Positions 11,893 to 23,599 of a DNA stretch of 64,000 nucleotides are shown one piece after another. Below the pieces are notes generated by a model. The model ran no database searches. It saw only the letters and a program-made list of their open reading frames with translations, and had not been told where the DNA came from. Location of the stretch: the NCBI GenBank assembly GCA_030295235.1, contig AP026129.1:124001-188000 (forward strand), written 5' to 3'. Numbering within the stretch: the first letter of the stretch is position 1; each line of letters starts with the position of its first letter. The position numbers and the translations under genes are program-made. This DNA is from Fistulifera solaris. Taxonomy: Eukaryota.

Positions 11893-12672
11893 ATGACAAC
11901 GGCCGGAGGAGTGAAACGAAAAGCGCCGGAAGACGGAGACGGCGACAATCCTGGCAGCCGTCCGATCGAAATCACGCCCAAGATTCTTCACCAGCGGTTG
12001 TTGGTAGGATTAGGAAACAAAGGAGGAGCGAAAGGCTCTTTAACGAAATGCGTAGCACGCGTCGGTGCTGTTTTGAGAGATCCGGATAATTCGACATTGA
12101 AAGAGGCTGCCGTCCGCGAATTCGAACATCAACAACTCGAATTGATGAAGCTATATTGGATGGTTTATCGAAATCAGATTGAATTGGAGACACTGAATTC
12201 TTCGATAAACATTACCAAACAACAAGCTTCTGAGGAGAGTGTTATTGTGCAAGAGAAACGAAAAGAGTTGCGGAAGCAACTTACGGTCACTGCTTGTGAG
12301 CGCGAGTACGAGGCCTTGGCTAAAGTGGCCACGACGCGGCATCCCACGTCCCGTAGGGCCCTGCAACAACAACTGGATCGCGTCCTAGAACAGTATAAAG
12401 AAACAGAAGAAGCTGTGAAACGAACGAAGAAAGAAGTGGCGATTCGACAAAGTCAATTCCAGTTATTGATGCAATCTTTGTTTGATTTGAAACAGTCTTT
12501 GCAAGAGCCGTTAGATGTCGCTGCAGATAATGATCCCGAAACAGCAAGAAATCATGAAGAAGAGGACGAGAATGGAGAAGAGGAAGAAGAGAAGGAGGGA
12601 ACGATCGTTGCTATGGATGTGGAGCCTGCTGCGCTCACAGGACCTGCTGAAGATCTCTACGACGATTTGTGA
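11893..12672 (+). CDS. THOC7: THO complex subunit 7-like
   Basis: ILHQRLL, EREYEALAKV...HP and RQSQFQLLMQSLFDLKQSL match the THOC7 pattern (RKRLL; QEYDALAKVI..HP; RRKQFHVLL..IHELQQTL); coiled coil. Confidence 0.75.
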   Translation: MTTAGGVKRKAPEDGDGDNPGSRPIEITPKILHQRLLVGLGNKGGAKGSLTKCVARVGAVLRDPDNSTLKEAAVREFEHQQLELMKLYWMVYRNQIELETLNSSINITKQQASEESVIVQEKRKELRKQLTVTACEREYEALAKVATTRHPTSRRALQQQLDRVLEQYKETEEAVKRTKKEVAIRQSQFQLLMQSLFDLKQSLQEPLDVAADNDPETARNHEEEDENGEEEEEKEGTIVAMDVEPAALTGPAEDLYDDL

Positions 12673-12919
12673 CCAAGTCCACTGTTGTGACAGCAAAGAC
12701 TAGGTATTCGTTTTATAATTTTCTTTCTTTCTTCGTTGGTTTTTGTTTTTGTTACATGTCTTGTAGTTTTGTTTGTATAGAGATAGTTTTGACTTCTTCC
12801 CCCGGCATGAATGTCTTCTTCCGAGGTTTCACATTCGCTACTCATCGCTTTGCTTTCTACTTATAGCATAACTTAAAAGCGCTACGCATTCATTGAAATA
12901 ATAGTAAAACAATGGTTTT

Positions 12920-13224
12920 TTATGCCTCTTGTGGTTCGGCGCTTTCGGTATTGTAATTGAGTAATTTTTCGATCAAATCAACGTGCGTTAATAGCATACG
13001 CCGACAGCAGTATCGTTTCAAACCCAACTCATCCAAAGCGTCACTGTTTGAAGAGAAAAGAATAAAGTAGAATTAAGAATATAATCAAGAAAAATTAAAT
13101 CAGATAAAAAAAAGAAGCCAAAAACGTACCCTTCCGAAAAATCGGCTTGCAACAAACTCAAATACGTTTCCCATTTGTTCCCAATCACCTTTCCACACGT
13201 AAAGCACCGAACTGGGATAATCAT
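12920..13224 (-). CDS. RPB10: RNA polymerases I/II/III shared subunit RPABC5 (Rpb10), one intron 13044-13129
   Basis: Spliced product [72 protein letters not shown]; intron GTACGT..CAG. Confidence 0.97.
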
Positions 13225-13631
13225 CTTCTATGAAAAGTCTTACTAATACAATGCAATGTGTATTTGATGACCCAGTGACCAAGAACGATGACAGCGAAAT
13301 TGACAAGAAGATTAAATAATACGGAGTAATAACAATGCAAAAGAGTTGATGGCTTTTGCCAGGATTTGTGACGCGACGACGGGCGACAGACGAGCCCCTG
13401 TTGAATTTGTACGAAGTGCAGACGCTCGGGCCTCGTGCGAACCACCCAACACCCAACACAAACACGTTTCGCCGTTCGTGACAAACCGACAACAGCAACG
13501 CATGCCTCTATCATCATCGGGTCTATATCATATCATTCGTCTTGTTATACATTTATCAAACTACAAGCACTTTCAAATCACGCAATAATAACATTTAAAT
13601 TTAATACACTGACACACGACAAAAAAAAGAA

Positions 13632-13988
13632 ATGGCACAAGGATTAGGAAAAGTCAACAAGGTCAAAAAGTCCGTCGGCTCGCAAAAGCGAAAAGTCGCA
13701 CGCAAAGCGCAATCACTTTCGAAAGGCCGCATGCAATTCAGTGCCAAGGGAAAGAAACACAATACGGAAGAAATCAACACCACGAAAACTATCAATCGCA
13801 ACATTGAATCACTCGTTGCGGCAAAAGCTGTAAGCAGCGGGGCCAAGTTCTTTCTTGGAGACGTGAAAGAAAAAGGCACCAAAGAGATCAAGAAACAACT
13901 ACAGGAACGTGACAAGAAGCAAAGCAAGTCTACCAAAATCAGCGATCGATTGAAAGCGCAGTTGCGTAAAGTACAAACCGGTGCTTAA
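13632..13988 (+). CDS. Small basic protein, UPF0390/L10K (DUF2462)-like
   Basis: 118 aa, Lys-rich, MAQG start and TKTINRNIESLVAAKA motif recalled from this family. Confidence 0.6.
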   Translation: MAQGLGKVNKVKKSVGSQKRKVARKAQSLSKGRMQFSAKGKKHNTEEINTTKTINRNIESLVAAKAVSSGAKFFLGDVKEKGTKEIKKQLQERDKKQSKSTKISDRLKAQLRKVQTGA

Positions 13989-14455
13989 GAGGTGTGCGTG
14001 GAAGGATCACGGAGTCGTTGTCGAGTGTAGGAGCGACAGTTCGATCCGAGACTTGCACAACAAAGAGCCGAGATTGTTTTTCCAAGGGATGGGACGTAGA
14101 TTTGATAGCCGTTTTGTGTTTGTTTTCTTTTCATTTTGTTGTTCTGCGAAGGTTCGGTGTTTCGTTTTCTGAAACAGGTACCGGAAAATTCGTGCACCAA
14201 TAACATTGCGGAATGAAACACGATTCGATCGTTGAGAATTGAGAACTCGAAAACGGGTGCTGATTTGATAACAATGGACAAGCACATGCAAAAATAATCA
14301 AGTAGCGAACAACTGTTTTGGATCATTTCCTTCCGTCTTCCTCATTCATAAGTTGCATTGGTTGAGAAATTCCATTTCCTTCGTTGCCAAAACAAGCACC
14401 AACCAGCATAAAGCAAAAGCCCGCTGCTCGACCTTTTCCATCGTTTCGTGAACAC

Positions 14456-16265
14456 ATGGATCTTCCGAAAGATGTTACGAGTCCGTACTCTGCTTCATCT
14501 CGGAGAACAGGTCAATCTAGCGACTACGACAGCTCAACCGAATCGGACGAAGACGACTTGAAACCTGCGGCAATCGATTTCGACGAGGACGTGCGACTTG
14601 CGGTTGCCCTTCAACAAGAAGAATTTCTGGCGCAAGAACGCATGTTTCACAAGGCTAGTAAGGACGAGACGTCATTGAACTGCGATGTGGATGAACTCTT
14701 GGCTCTCAGTCTGGAATACGCAGATGATGACGACGATGAGGAGACTTGGGTAGCCAAATTTGCTTCTCTATCCGAGACGAAGTATGTATCAGACGATGAC
14801 GTCGACGAATTTGACGAGAAGAGACAGGCCCAAATCGATGCGGATGCTGCTTTTGCCAAGGCGATGGCGGAGACTTATGAGCCTTTAGATGGGGAAACTC
14901 GTAAGCTGGTCGAAGAATTCGAAAAGGAGGCCATGTTTCTGACTATTTCGGGAAGAGCTACGCTTTTTGTTCAAGCTGTGCTTGAACTTGCAACCAAGAC
15001 AGAAGCGACCTTGCCAGCAATCATGCAGGCGAAGATTCGTGCGGTCAACCGGGACGACATGGTTTATTTTGCTGAGCGCCTTTTGAAAGCTCAAGAGAGT
15101 TTAGAGGAGCAAGGTAGAGACACGAGCGTTGATGTTGGGTATCACTATACCAATAGCGAAGAATGCATGACGCGGATTCGTGTTGATGGGTTAATGACGC
15201 TTGCCGAACGCGATGCAGCTGGCATTCCTCGTGTGTTTAATGGCGCCTCATATGGGGACGGAATTTACACCGCCAACAACCCCTCTTCCTATTCCGGATA
15301 CGGCCCTATTGGTCTTTTAGTTGCAAGGTTGAAAGGAACCACGACAAAAACCACAGGAACGCCTGCTGATCAAGCAAACAGTGTCATCGGACGAGCAGGT
15401 GCTGCTGACGAGATTTTGGTTCTCCGAAATTCTAGGCATTGTCTGCCGTTGATTGAGTACGAGACGGCTCTTGCAAGTAGCCACAAGGCCCTCTTGGAAA
15501 GCCTGGAACAAGATCTACAGGCGCTCATCTCAAAGTACATGCTCGTGATGGCGAAGAGCAGCTTAGATCAAGGTCTTGCCAAGACTTCGTTTCCGTCGGT
15601 CAAGATTGCTGCTTTCAATCTACCGGACAACTTGACTTACACGGCTCCGCCGATGCTAAGCATCGACCCAATATCGGCCACAACTCCTGCTGGTAGCTCG
15701 ACTGATGAATGCCCCATTTGTTTAGCCACCCTATCACAATCTGTCGTTTCTTTGGACTACTGCGGTCACAAGTTTCACCGCGAGTGTCTACTCCAAAGCG
15801 CCAGGGCAGGCCAACGATCGTGTGCCTATTGTAGAAAGTTGTTTCAAGAGCCGCAGGGATTGTGTCCGTCGGGAACTTTGACTGTGTCGTATTCGAGTTC
15901 GCAAACATGCAGCGGCTTCGCGGCAGGAGTTATTACATTGGATTACAAAGTCCCCAATGGAGTTCAACAATCGTATCATCCATCACCAGGTGTTTCGTTT
16001 TCCGGAGCTACTCGACAAGCATTTCTACCAGACAATAGAGAAGGTAGAGAGTTACTGAAACGACTGAAGTATGCTTTTACCAGAGGTCTTACATTTACTG
16101 TCGGTACAAGCCTGTCGAGCGGTACGTCGAACACTGTGACTTGGGCCAGTATTCATCACAAGACAGCTCTTTCGGGGGGCACACATGGCTTTCCAGACAA
16201 TGCTTGATAATTGTCACTGTGAACTTGACTACTTGGGTGTTCCTGCTGCAGATGCATTTCGGTAA
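14456..16265 (+). CDS. Deltex-family E3 ligase (RING + DTC) fused to a PARP-like ADP-ribosyltransferase domain, with N-terminal UIM/MIU-like helices; frameshift near 16200
   Basis: First ATG at 14456. ART-like motifs GYHYT, NGASYGDGIYTA, DEILV...LP; RING CPIC..CGHKFHREC..CAYC; DTC motifs PQGLCPSG, YHPSPG, RQAFLPDN.EG..LL..L..AF..GLTFTVG.S, VTWASIHHKT..GG.HGFPD. After a frameshift it continues LDNCHCELDYLGVP to TAA at 16265. Confidence 0.85.
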
Positions 16266-16401
16266 CGATGGCACGAACGGATGGAGTAACGTTGCATTCG
16301 AGAAAGGCATTATTTGTATGTTGACAGATAATTAGATTATTATTATTCAATCGTTGTCGAATGATCCGTATCATACAACTCGTTAAAGTAGCATATTATT
16401 T

Positions 16402-17076
16402 TTACGACATTCCGAGACTCTTGAGACTGGGTGCTTCATCCGGCACATTGACACAATACTGGTCTTCCGATCGCAAACATGTCGTAATTGCCTCCACAGC
16501 GTTTGTAATAGCCAAATCAATTCCATTGTCGCGTACATAGAAGGTGTTTCCAAATTTTGCCTGAAGTCGGGTCCAGAAGACATTCGGTAGATTAAGCTTG
16601 ACTCCATCACCAACATTGAAATTCAAAACGTTTCCTTTGCCTCCAAATTGATCGACTACGAGAACAATGTACTTGTCATCTTTCTGTCCTTCTTTACCGA
16701 GATCCCAATAATCGCGAATCGCCAATCCGGGTGTGTTGGGGTACGCTTGACATAAAACACGAACACGAAAGCCCGTGTCGCGTTCGAGTGCTTTGAGTAA
16801 ATCATTCATCCGACGCGCCTGCCCGGCCGTGAGAAACTTTTCCGTCTGAATGACATTCAAACCTGCTTCCGTCGGAAGCAAATCCGGACGATTGACTGCT
16901 TCTAGACGAGCATTGGCGGGAGGTGTCAAGGTTGTTGCCCCAGTCACAACAGCAGCGCCCCCACTGATCCAGGAAGCAATCACCGTTCGTCGTGAAGGAT
17001 TGGGTGCTACAGAAAACGCCGATGCCGTTGCGGCGAAGCACAAGAATGCACAGATGACTGTGCAACGAGAGGACAT
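16402..17076 (-). CDS. Plastid thylakoid-lumen TPM-domain protein (TLP15.2/Psb32-like)
   Basis: Signal peptide ending ASA-F, twin-arginine SRR, hydrophobic stretch and ANA cleavage site; mature part LE.DTGFRVRVL.Q.YP.TPGLAIRDYW, NVLNFNVG, FWTRLQ.KFGN.FY. Confidence 0.85.
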   Translation of the reverse strand: MSSRCTVICAFLCFAATASAFSVAPNPSRRTVIASWISGGAAVVTGATTLTPPANARLEAVNRPDLLPTEAGLNVIQTEKFLTAGQARRMNDLLKALERDTGFRVRVLCQAYPNTPGLAIRDYWDLGKEGQKDDKYIVLVVDQFGGKGNVLNFNVGDGVKLNLPNVFWTRLQAKFGNTFYVRDNGIDLAITNAVEAITTCLRSEDQYCVNVPDEAPSLKSLGMS

Positions 17077-17255
17077 ATTATATTGTGTCTCTTTTCAAGA
17101 TGACTATCAACTGCGGGCAACTTTTTTTTTTTTGAAGGCAAGAAGGTACCAGGTATAGTCATCGTCTGCCGATTATTATTGCGCTGACACAGTTTTGGTT
17201 TCTGTTTCACCATGACATCATCTCGGATTTTCAACTCGTCTCAAAAAGTGTCACC

Positions 17256-17505
17256 AACGTCAGAAATTTTGTGTGATGTGAGGTCGTTGAGTACTGAGTA
17301 CACAGAAAATCTGGGAATTTTGAATTGCACCTTCACGTCCCCAGAAAATCTGAAGGTATGGTGTTTTCACGTCCACAGAAATTATGGGGAGCTGGTGTTT
17401 TGACGTGCCCAGAAAATCTGGGGGTGTGGTGTTTTTCAAGTTTGCAGAAAATCTGTGTGTTTGGTTTCCAGAAAATCTGTGTGAGTGGTGTTTCAACGTA
17501 CCCAG
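17256..17505. repeat. Degenerate tandem array, about 34-bp period, about 7 units, core CAGAAAATCTG...TGGTGTTTT.ACGT
   Basis: CAGAAAATCTG or near variants recur at about 17261, 17303, 17342, 17376, 17410, 17445 and 17469, between two divergent genes. Confidence 0.85.
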
Positions 17506-17710
17506 TGCCAGGAGCCGGCGCCTGCCACAATCCCGTCGTGTCTTTTTCTGCTTCTTGTTGTTGTTGATCTGGAAAGCATTTGTCAAAGTCTATTCAAATA
17601 CGCAGCGAATAGGTTCTTATCCAACAATCATACCGTAATTAGTTACTTCACAGACACGCTGTAGCAAAGAGAAGCTTTTGTAGAATAGGAAAAAAGACAA
17701 CACGGTAATC

Positions 17711-19930
17711 ATGTCTCGATGGTTGAAATCCGTCAATAATTTACTCGACAAATTAGACGATCAAGTCGATATTGCCGATGCGGCTGCTTTTACACAGCGT
17801 ATGGCAGCACGTGTCGGAGGTGCTGTGCAGAGAACACAATCGGATGATGATGATGACGACGACGATGATGATGACGAAGAAGAAATGTCGGAGAGCTATG
17901 ACGATGAGAGTATGTCATCATTTGTAGACGATGAAGAAGAGCAACAAGTAGAAGAGGAATTGCAGCAACAGGAACAAGAAACAAGTGACAATTTAGACAC
18001 CGAAGAAAGCCTTTTACAAAGAGACGAAACGGTACGATTGCGCAACCATCCATCGGATCCGACCGCCACTCCAGCGGCAAGTAGTTATAGCTACGGTGAG
18101 GATATATTTTTCACACCCATGGATCAAATACGTCGAGAACATATTTCCGATATCATTTCGCCACCCAGAGAAGTCGTTTCGTCTCTCCCTTCCTCTCAGT
18201 CAGTGTCTTCACACCAATCGGATCTACCCATCAAGTCCGATCCGATCCTAGTGACAAGGACTCCTCCGAGTCAAACTCTCCTAGAAGGTCAGATATCGCA
18301 ACAAAAACTCCACAAACCGGTAGTCAAATCACCACCCAACAGCGGTATGCCTTCTTCTGTCGCTAACGCTAATAAATCGAAAGCAATCAAGAAACTCAAA
18401 GAGGAAAATCAACGACTGCAACAGCTTCAGGTTGCCTTGGAGAAATCAAACGCCGAGCTCAAGGACGAATTAGAGCACGCCCGGGCGGAATTGACGGCAC
18501 AACACGAAGAGTTGCAACTAGCGGCAGATCGAATGGAGAAAGATCGTATTCGTAATAAAGAAGATCGAGAAGAACTATTGGAAGAACAAGAAGAAGAGCT
18601 GCAGCAACAAAAAGAAGATTACGACCATCGATTGGCGGAACAAAAACAATATTACGAAAAGGAGTTACGAGAAATGCGAAAACGGCTTCAACAAGAAGAG
18701 CACAAACGACTTGAAGAGGGTGGAGATTGGACGAAAGAACTAGAAGAGGCTTTGCAGCGGGAGAGAGATGCGTTGAATGAATTAGTCTCAGTCAAGTCGG
18801 AAAAGCAGCAGCTAGAATCCAAAGTTGCCACACTGGATTCTCAAAGAGAGTCGCTGCAAGCCAAGGTTATGTCACTGAAAGAGAGTTTAAGGAATACCAC
18901 TGAGCGAGAGCGTATAGCGGAAGAAAAACTAGACAAGGAAATGAATCAGCACAAACGACAGTTGGGACAGCAGCGCGAACGAGAGGAACAGCTAGAACGC
19001 ACCGTTGCGGAACTGAGCGCTGCCTTGACCAGCGCGCAGCAACAAGCGACATCCTCGACCCCTCCGTCTGTAGACCACGGTTTTGTAGCTTACAAAGAAC
19101 GATATCAGAATGCAATGGAAGAGATGGAGGCGATGAAGTCGCAGCTTTCTCATGTAACACAACAAAATCAGATATTGCAATTGGAACTCCAGTCGATGTC
19201 TCGTGAACGGACAGCTGATGCAGAAGTGATGCAAACTCGACAGCGGAAACACGACGAACACGCTCATGAGCTACTTAGGCAAGTAGCGCATCTTGAAGCC
19301 ACTTTAAGAAGCTTGTCGAATGACCAAAATACCACCGAATTTAACGGTTCTTTGAGTAGTCCCGCTCCCCAGCAACAGGTCGAGCGACTCGTACGGGAAC
19401 TGGAACAGGCGCAGCGCAAGCTGGCTTTTTCTACGGGACAGATTGTAGAACTAAAAGGGCTTTCTGATTCAGCCAAGGCCGAAGTGCTTGCCCTGAAAGG
19501 GCGCCTTCAGTCGGCAATGGAACGCGCTGAAATGGCAGAGAACGCTTTGGCATCACAGTCTTCTTCAACATCTAGAGCCTGTGATATGGGCGAAGCGAGT
19601 TATGCGAACACAAGAACAGTGCGACGGAGAGTTCGAAGTGGTCGAGGTCGCTTCAGTCATCTTTCAACAAGGTCGATGTTTTCGGTGTTGGGAATGCATG
19701 TCACCCGTGGTAGTATAGGGGAGCAGATATCGACGACAATTGATGCTATCGACAATTGGATGCTCGAGACAGGTAATATTCTGCGTCATGAACCCTTGGC
19801 ACGTTTAGGATTTGCTATCTACTTCGCTTTGGTTCATCTCTGGTGTTTGGGTTTAGTCTTCTTCCATACTGTTCAGTCTGAGCGCGCGGATTTGGGGTCA
19901 CTCACAAATCATAAGAAACATGTGGCGTGA
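17711..19930 (+). CDS. Golgin-84 (GOLGA5)-like coiled-coil tail-anchored Golgi protein
   Basis: N-terminal MSRWLKSVNNLLDKLD motif, long coiled coil, C-terminal LRHEPLARLGFAIYFALVHLW transmembrane segment typical of golgin-84. Confidence 0.8.
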   Translation: MSRWLKSVNNLLDKLDDQVDIADAAAFTQRMAARVGGAVQRTQSDDDDDDDDDDDEEEMSESYDDESMSSFVDDEEEQQVEEELQQQEQETSDNLDTEESLLQRDETVRLRNHPSDPTATPAASSYSYGEDIFFTPMDQIRREHISDIISPPREVVSSLPSSQSVSSHQSDLPIKSDPILVTRTPPSQTLLEGQISQQKLHKPVVKSPPNSGMPSSVANANKSKAIKKLKEENQRLQQLQVALEKSNAELKDELEHARAELTAQHEELQLAADRMEKDRIRNKEDREELLEEQEEELQQQKEDYDHRLAEQKQYYEKELREMRKRLQQEEHKRLEEGGDWTKELEEALQRERDALNELVSVKSEKQQLESKVATLDSQRESLQAKVMSLKESLRNTTERERIAEEKLDKEMNQHKRQLGQQREREEQLERTVAELSAALTSAQQQATSSTPPSVDHGFVAYKERYQNAMEEMEAMKSQLSHVTQQNQILQLELQSMSRERTADAEVMQTRQRKHDEHAHELLRQVAHLEATLRSLSNDQNTTEFNGSLSSPAPQQQVERLVRELEQAQRKLAFSTGQIVELKGLSDSAKAEVLALKGRLQSAMERAEMAENALASQSSSTSRACDMGEASYANTRTVRRRVRSGRGRFSHLSTRSMFSVLGMHVTRGSIGEQISTTIDAIDNWMLETGNILRHEPLARLGFAIYFALVHLWCLGLVFFHTVQSERADLGSLTNHKKHVA

Positions 19931-20008
19931 ATAATAATGAAAGATTACTGAGTGTTACTATTTTTAAGAGAAAAAATCAGCGTAAAATATACCAAGAGGG
20001 CAAAGGCT

Positions 20009-22794
20009 TTATTTTTCCGATGAGATTGCTAGCTTTGGTCGTCGATCGACGCCACGAGGCTTGAATGCAAGGACACTAATTCCTGCTTTCTTCGCTTTCG
20101 AATGAGTTGCGATGCTCTCGTCCTCACCGTTGAGATTTTCTTGCCCAGGTTCCTGTTCGTTTTGTGGCACACCCTCGACCGTTTCGGCTTTCTCCCTCCG
20201 TTTCTGATTGAACTTGCTTTTTTTCCCTTGTCCTTTGGGATTTACTCGGTGCATACCAGCCGGAACTAGGGAAACCGCCGGCATATGAGACATTTCAATT
20301 TTCACAACTTTTTCTTTAATGCCTATTTCCTCATTGAGAGACAGAGCTTTTGCTGCCGATTCCTTTTCTTCGAATTGCACTAAACCCCATCCTTTCGACA
20401 ACGGTTTCACTCCATGATCCTGCTTGTCACGGATGATTTTGGCATGTACAATTGCACCGCAAAGGGGTCGAAAAATATCAACAAGATCCATGTCCTCTGT
20501 CGAGAGATCCAAATTCGACACGCGAATAGTGAAGGGATGCACCTTGTGATAAGTCTTTTTACCTTCACCTCAAGACTATCATCGTTTTCAGCAGGAGCTT
20601 CGCTTTTGGCATCTGCTTCATTGACTGTACTTGAAACAAGCTTTGCATTCGTGTCCGATTTCTCACTTGGGTCCTGTCGCTTCGACTTTTTGGGTGAGGA
20701 CTCATAGCTCGGACTGCCTTCAGTATGACCACGTTTCCGTTGTGTATTCACTTCCGCTATTGAGGCAACCGGTTCCGCGTGTGTAATAGTCGTTTGGCTT
20801 AAAGCTGATTCTTCAGCTGGGTCAGCAGTGACATGCTTCATCTTTTTTGATATAGTTTTCTCGGCCAAACTCAGACTTCGTTCGGACCCAAACATTTGTT
20901 CGAAATTGATCCATTCTTGGCACAAATCAGAAATTGCGCGACTGTAATGTCGAACACCAAAGAGAAGCAGATTTTCCTTACTGTACTGCGGCCCAACAGA
21001 TTGCACAGCCTTCTGAAAAAGAAAACGAATGTTGCGTATGTGTCGTCCGATTGCAATTGGATTGGATATCAACCATGAACCGCAACTTGCAAACTGCCGA
21101 ATGTACGATAAGTAAAGGTCTGGATACGGAGGGTTGTGCACTTTGCAACATCTCTCGAATTCATTCAAGATGGATTTGATCTTTTCCTTGGTTGAGTACG
21201 GTAAAGTGAAGGGTGGTTTCTCCGAAAATACTTGCTTACATGGTTGCAGTAAGAGAAGATCTGACGTAGCCCTCTCTTTCCAAAGCAGCGCTCGACCTTC
21301 GCTCCATGTTGGATGACTTTCTTGTAATCTTAATTCAATTTCCTCAAACATGTCTGGAACGTCGTCAATTAAATCTCCGATCTCTTCCTTGAATTTATCG
21401 TCTAGTTCAGGGTCAGAAAGCTGACCTTTAGACAATTCCTCCGGGTCATCGAAAGCAACCTTCTTAGAGTTCGTTTTCTTTGTCAATAATTCGAGAATCC
21501 GTTGCTTGACGATTCTGATGGTTTCTAGATACAATCCGAGGAAAACCGTGGGATTCGACGGCAGGAATCCTTTGCTCAGCGCATTTTGAACGGTGCTGAG
21601 AAGTTGATCCGGTTCAAGAACACTAACCCTGCAAGTGGCGCTCAACTGGAGAGCATGTAACTGCTTTTTGGCCAATTCATAGCTATACGGACAGTTTCGG
21701 CACGCGCGCTGAATCAGCCTCTGTAGTTGCGTCAACAGCGAGTACTGCGGCTCCCCAACAACTGAGTTGACTTTGTTGCTGATGTTGTAAGAATATGAAA
21801 TCCAGAGCTTCTCGACAGTTGGGCATTCCGCGACGGCCCGTTCGTATACCTGATTGATTATGTGAGAAATGCGATCAGGTATTGATTCTTCAAGCTCATC
21901 CAGATCGAGAGCTTTTCCTTTCTGTTTTGCAGATTGGCTGATGCGTAGCATCTTGATATACGAGAGGAAAGCATTCGCAGTTCTTTCTCCTCCCAAGCCC
22001 ATGGCGAACTTTTGATCACTGGATGACTCAAGCTCGGCGATCCATTCTTGCGGCATGACACCATTGATCGGCTGAGTCAAGAAATAACGTCCCAAAATGC
22101 CTTCCTCGTGCATCGCTACATCGATCTCGTCCTCGGCGGAAACAAACGAGCTGTACAGGCGAGCTTCCATTCTTCTACCAGTTTCCATCATTTCTTCGAC
22201 GTTACAGTCGGGCTCAAAGCCATTTTGCCGACAGCATTCTCGATACTCAGAGGCGATTGTATCGTTAACATCCTTCATTGGAGTTCGCGAGCGGCGAATA
22301 AAACTCTCATTAATTTTTCCGATTTTCTGCTCTGTATTTAGTGTCGGCGCCGTAGCGTATAGTTCAATCTGGAAACGAAACAATATAGCCGTCCAAGGTC
22401 CTTCATTACGATGCGACCCTGATCCAACTGCGTCTATTGCCATTTTTATTGCTTCATCCTTCTTTTCGAACGGTTCGGAGCTGCTCATAAGCCAGTAGCT
22501 ATAATAAATTTGCAGCAACGACGACGAAGGAAATTCGATAAGGCCCAATTCCAGCGTTTGTAATCGTATGACGGTTGCTTGGTCTTCAGAACCAACCTCA
22601 AAAGCTCTCAAAAAATCATACATCGTTTTTGAATACTGGATCCACAACAAGGGAGTCATCGGACAATGAGAAGAAAGCGTCTCAAAGCCCTCTATTGCGG
22701 TCTGCAGATGATCTCGACTCGTTCTATCATTCGAGGCGGCCTTCCTGCGTGCGTCCGTAATCGAGGTAACAAGGGCGCTGTAATCGTAGGACAT
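20009..22794 (-). CDS. SART3/Prp24-like U4/U6 recycling factor (HAT repeats + RRM); frameshift near 20550-20600
   Basis: PMTPLLWIQY, VYERAVAECP...LWISY, RACRNCP, WINFEQMFGS HAT motifs. The shifted frame has an RRM (TIRVSNL; KGWGLVQF) and a C-terminal FKPRGV. Confidence 0.78.
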
Positions 22795-23599
22795 GATTTT
22801 GTGTGTTTTCGATAAAAATTAGATACTGGTTTGATGATTAAAAGCTCAAACAAGCCCTCAATTGTTGTTGTTGTTGTTAATTAACAGGTACTCGTTGTAA
22901 ATGGAAGAGCTCATCGTGAAGCGTATCTCACAACATGACTGAAAATGCAGTCATGGTCATGGTGAAGTTACTCTCACACTTGGGCCTACAGTAAATTGGA
23001 CTGACACCGATACGCAACCAATTTTTGGAGGAAAGATCATCGACGTGTGGTAAATTGATGCTGAAATTCATAACTTATTGGTTAAAGTTAACAACTCTAG
23101 CGAAAAGGACGTACATTCTTGATCATGAACTCATGGTTTGGCTTGGAAATGTTTGTTCATGACTTAAATGCAGTCCCGGTCAAAAACAGACTACACTTTG
23201 TGCTACAGTAAATAAGGGTGACATGACTACAAGCAGATAAATTGCACCTTGGTTGCAAAAAACATGATGTAGCGTCGTAGCGTTTACAATTCCGTTGCGT
23301 GACTCTTTATGGCATAGCAAAAGTATCTGTTGAGCAAAGCAGTGTTTATGTGACTAGATATTCAACCAACGTATCTGTATACGCTAAATAGAAACGCGTT
23401 TCATTCTTTGCTTATCTATGATCCGACGTCTTCGCGGTATGCGTTCGCGGGCTTTGTTTTGTGATGAATGAAACGTTTCTTGCCATTTTTCTTTCTCTAT
23501 ACTTTAGCTAGCAAAGGTTGAAGGAAAAAAAGGAAAGAAAGAACGAGATTACTTTACGCCGTCTTTGTCTTTGGCTTTCATTTCGGTCATTCAAACATC

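Noticed and set aside
7486..16265. Functional NAD+/ADP-ribose cluster of TPT1 with the PARP-Deltex gene
   Set aside because: They are separated by four unrelated housekeeping genes; proximity in a compact genome is not evidence of linkage.
17256..17505. CRISPR-like repeat-spacer array
   Set aside because: Variable parts are only a few nucleotides, repeats are degenerate, there are no cas genes and the context is eukaryotic.
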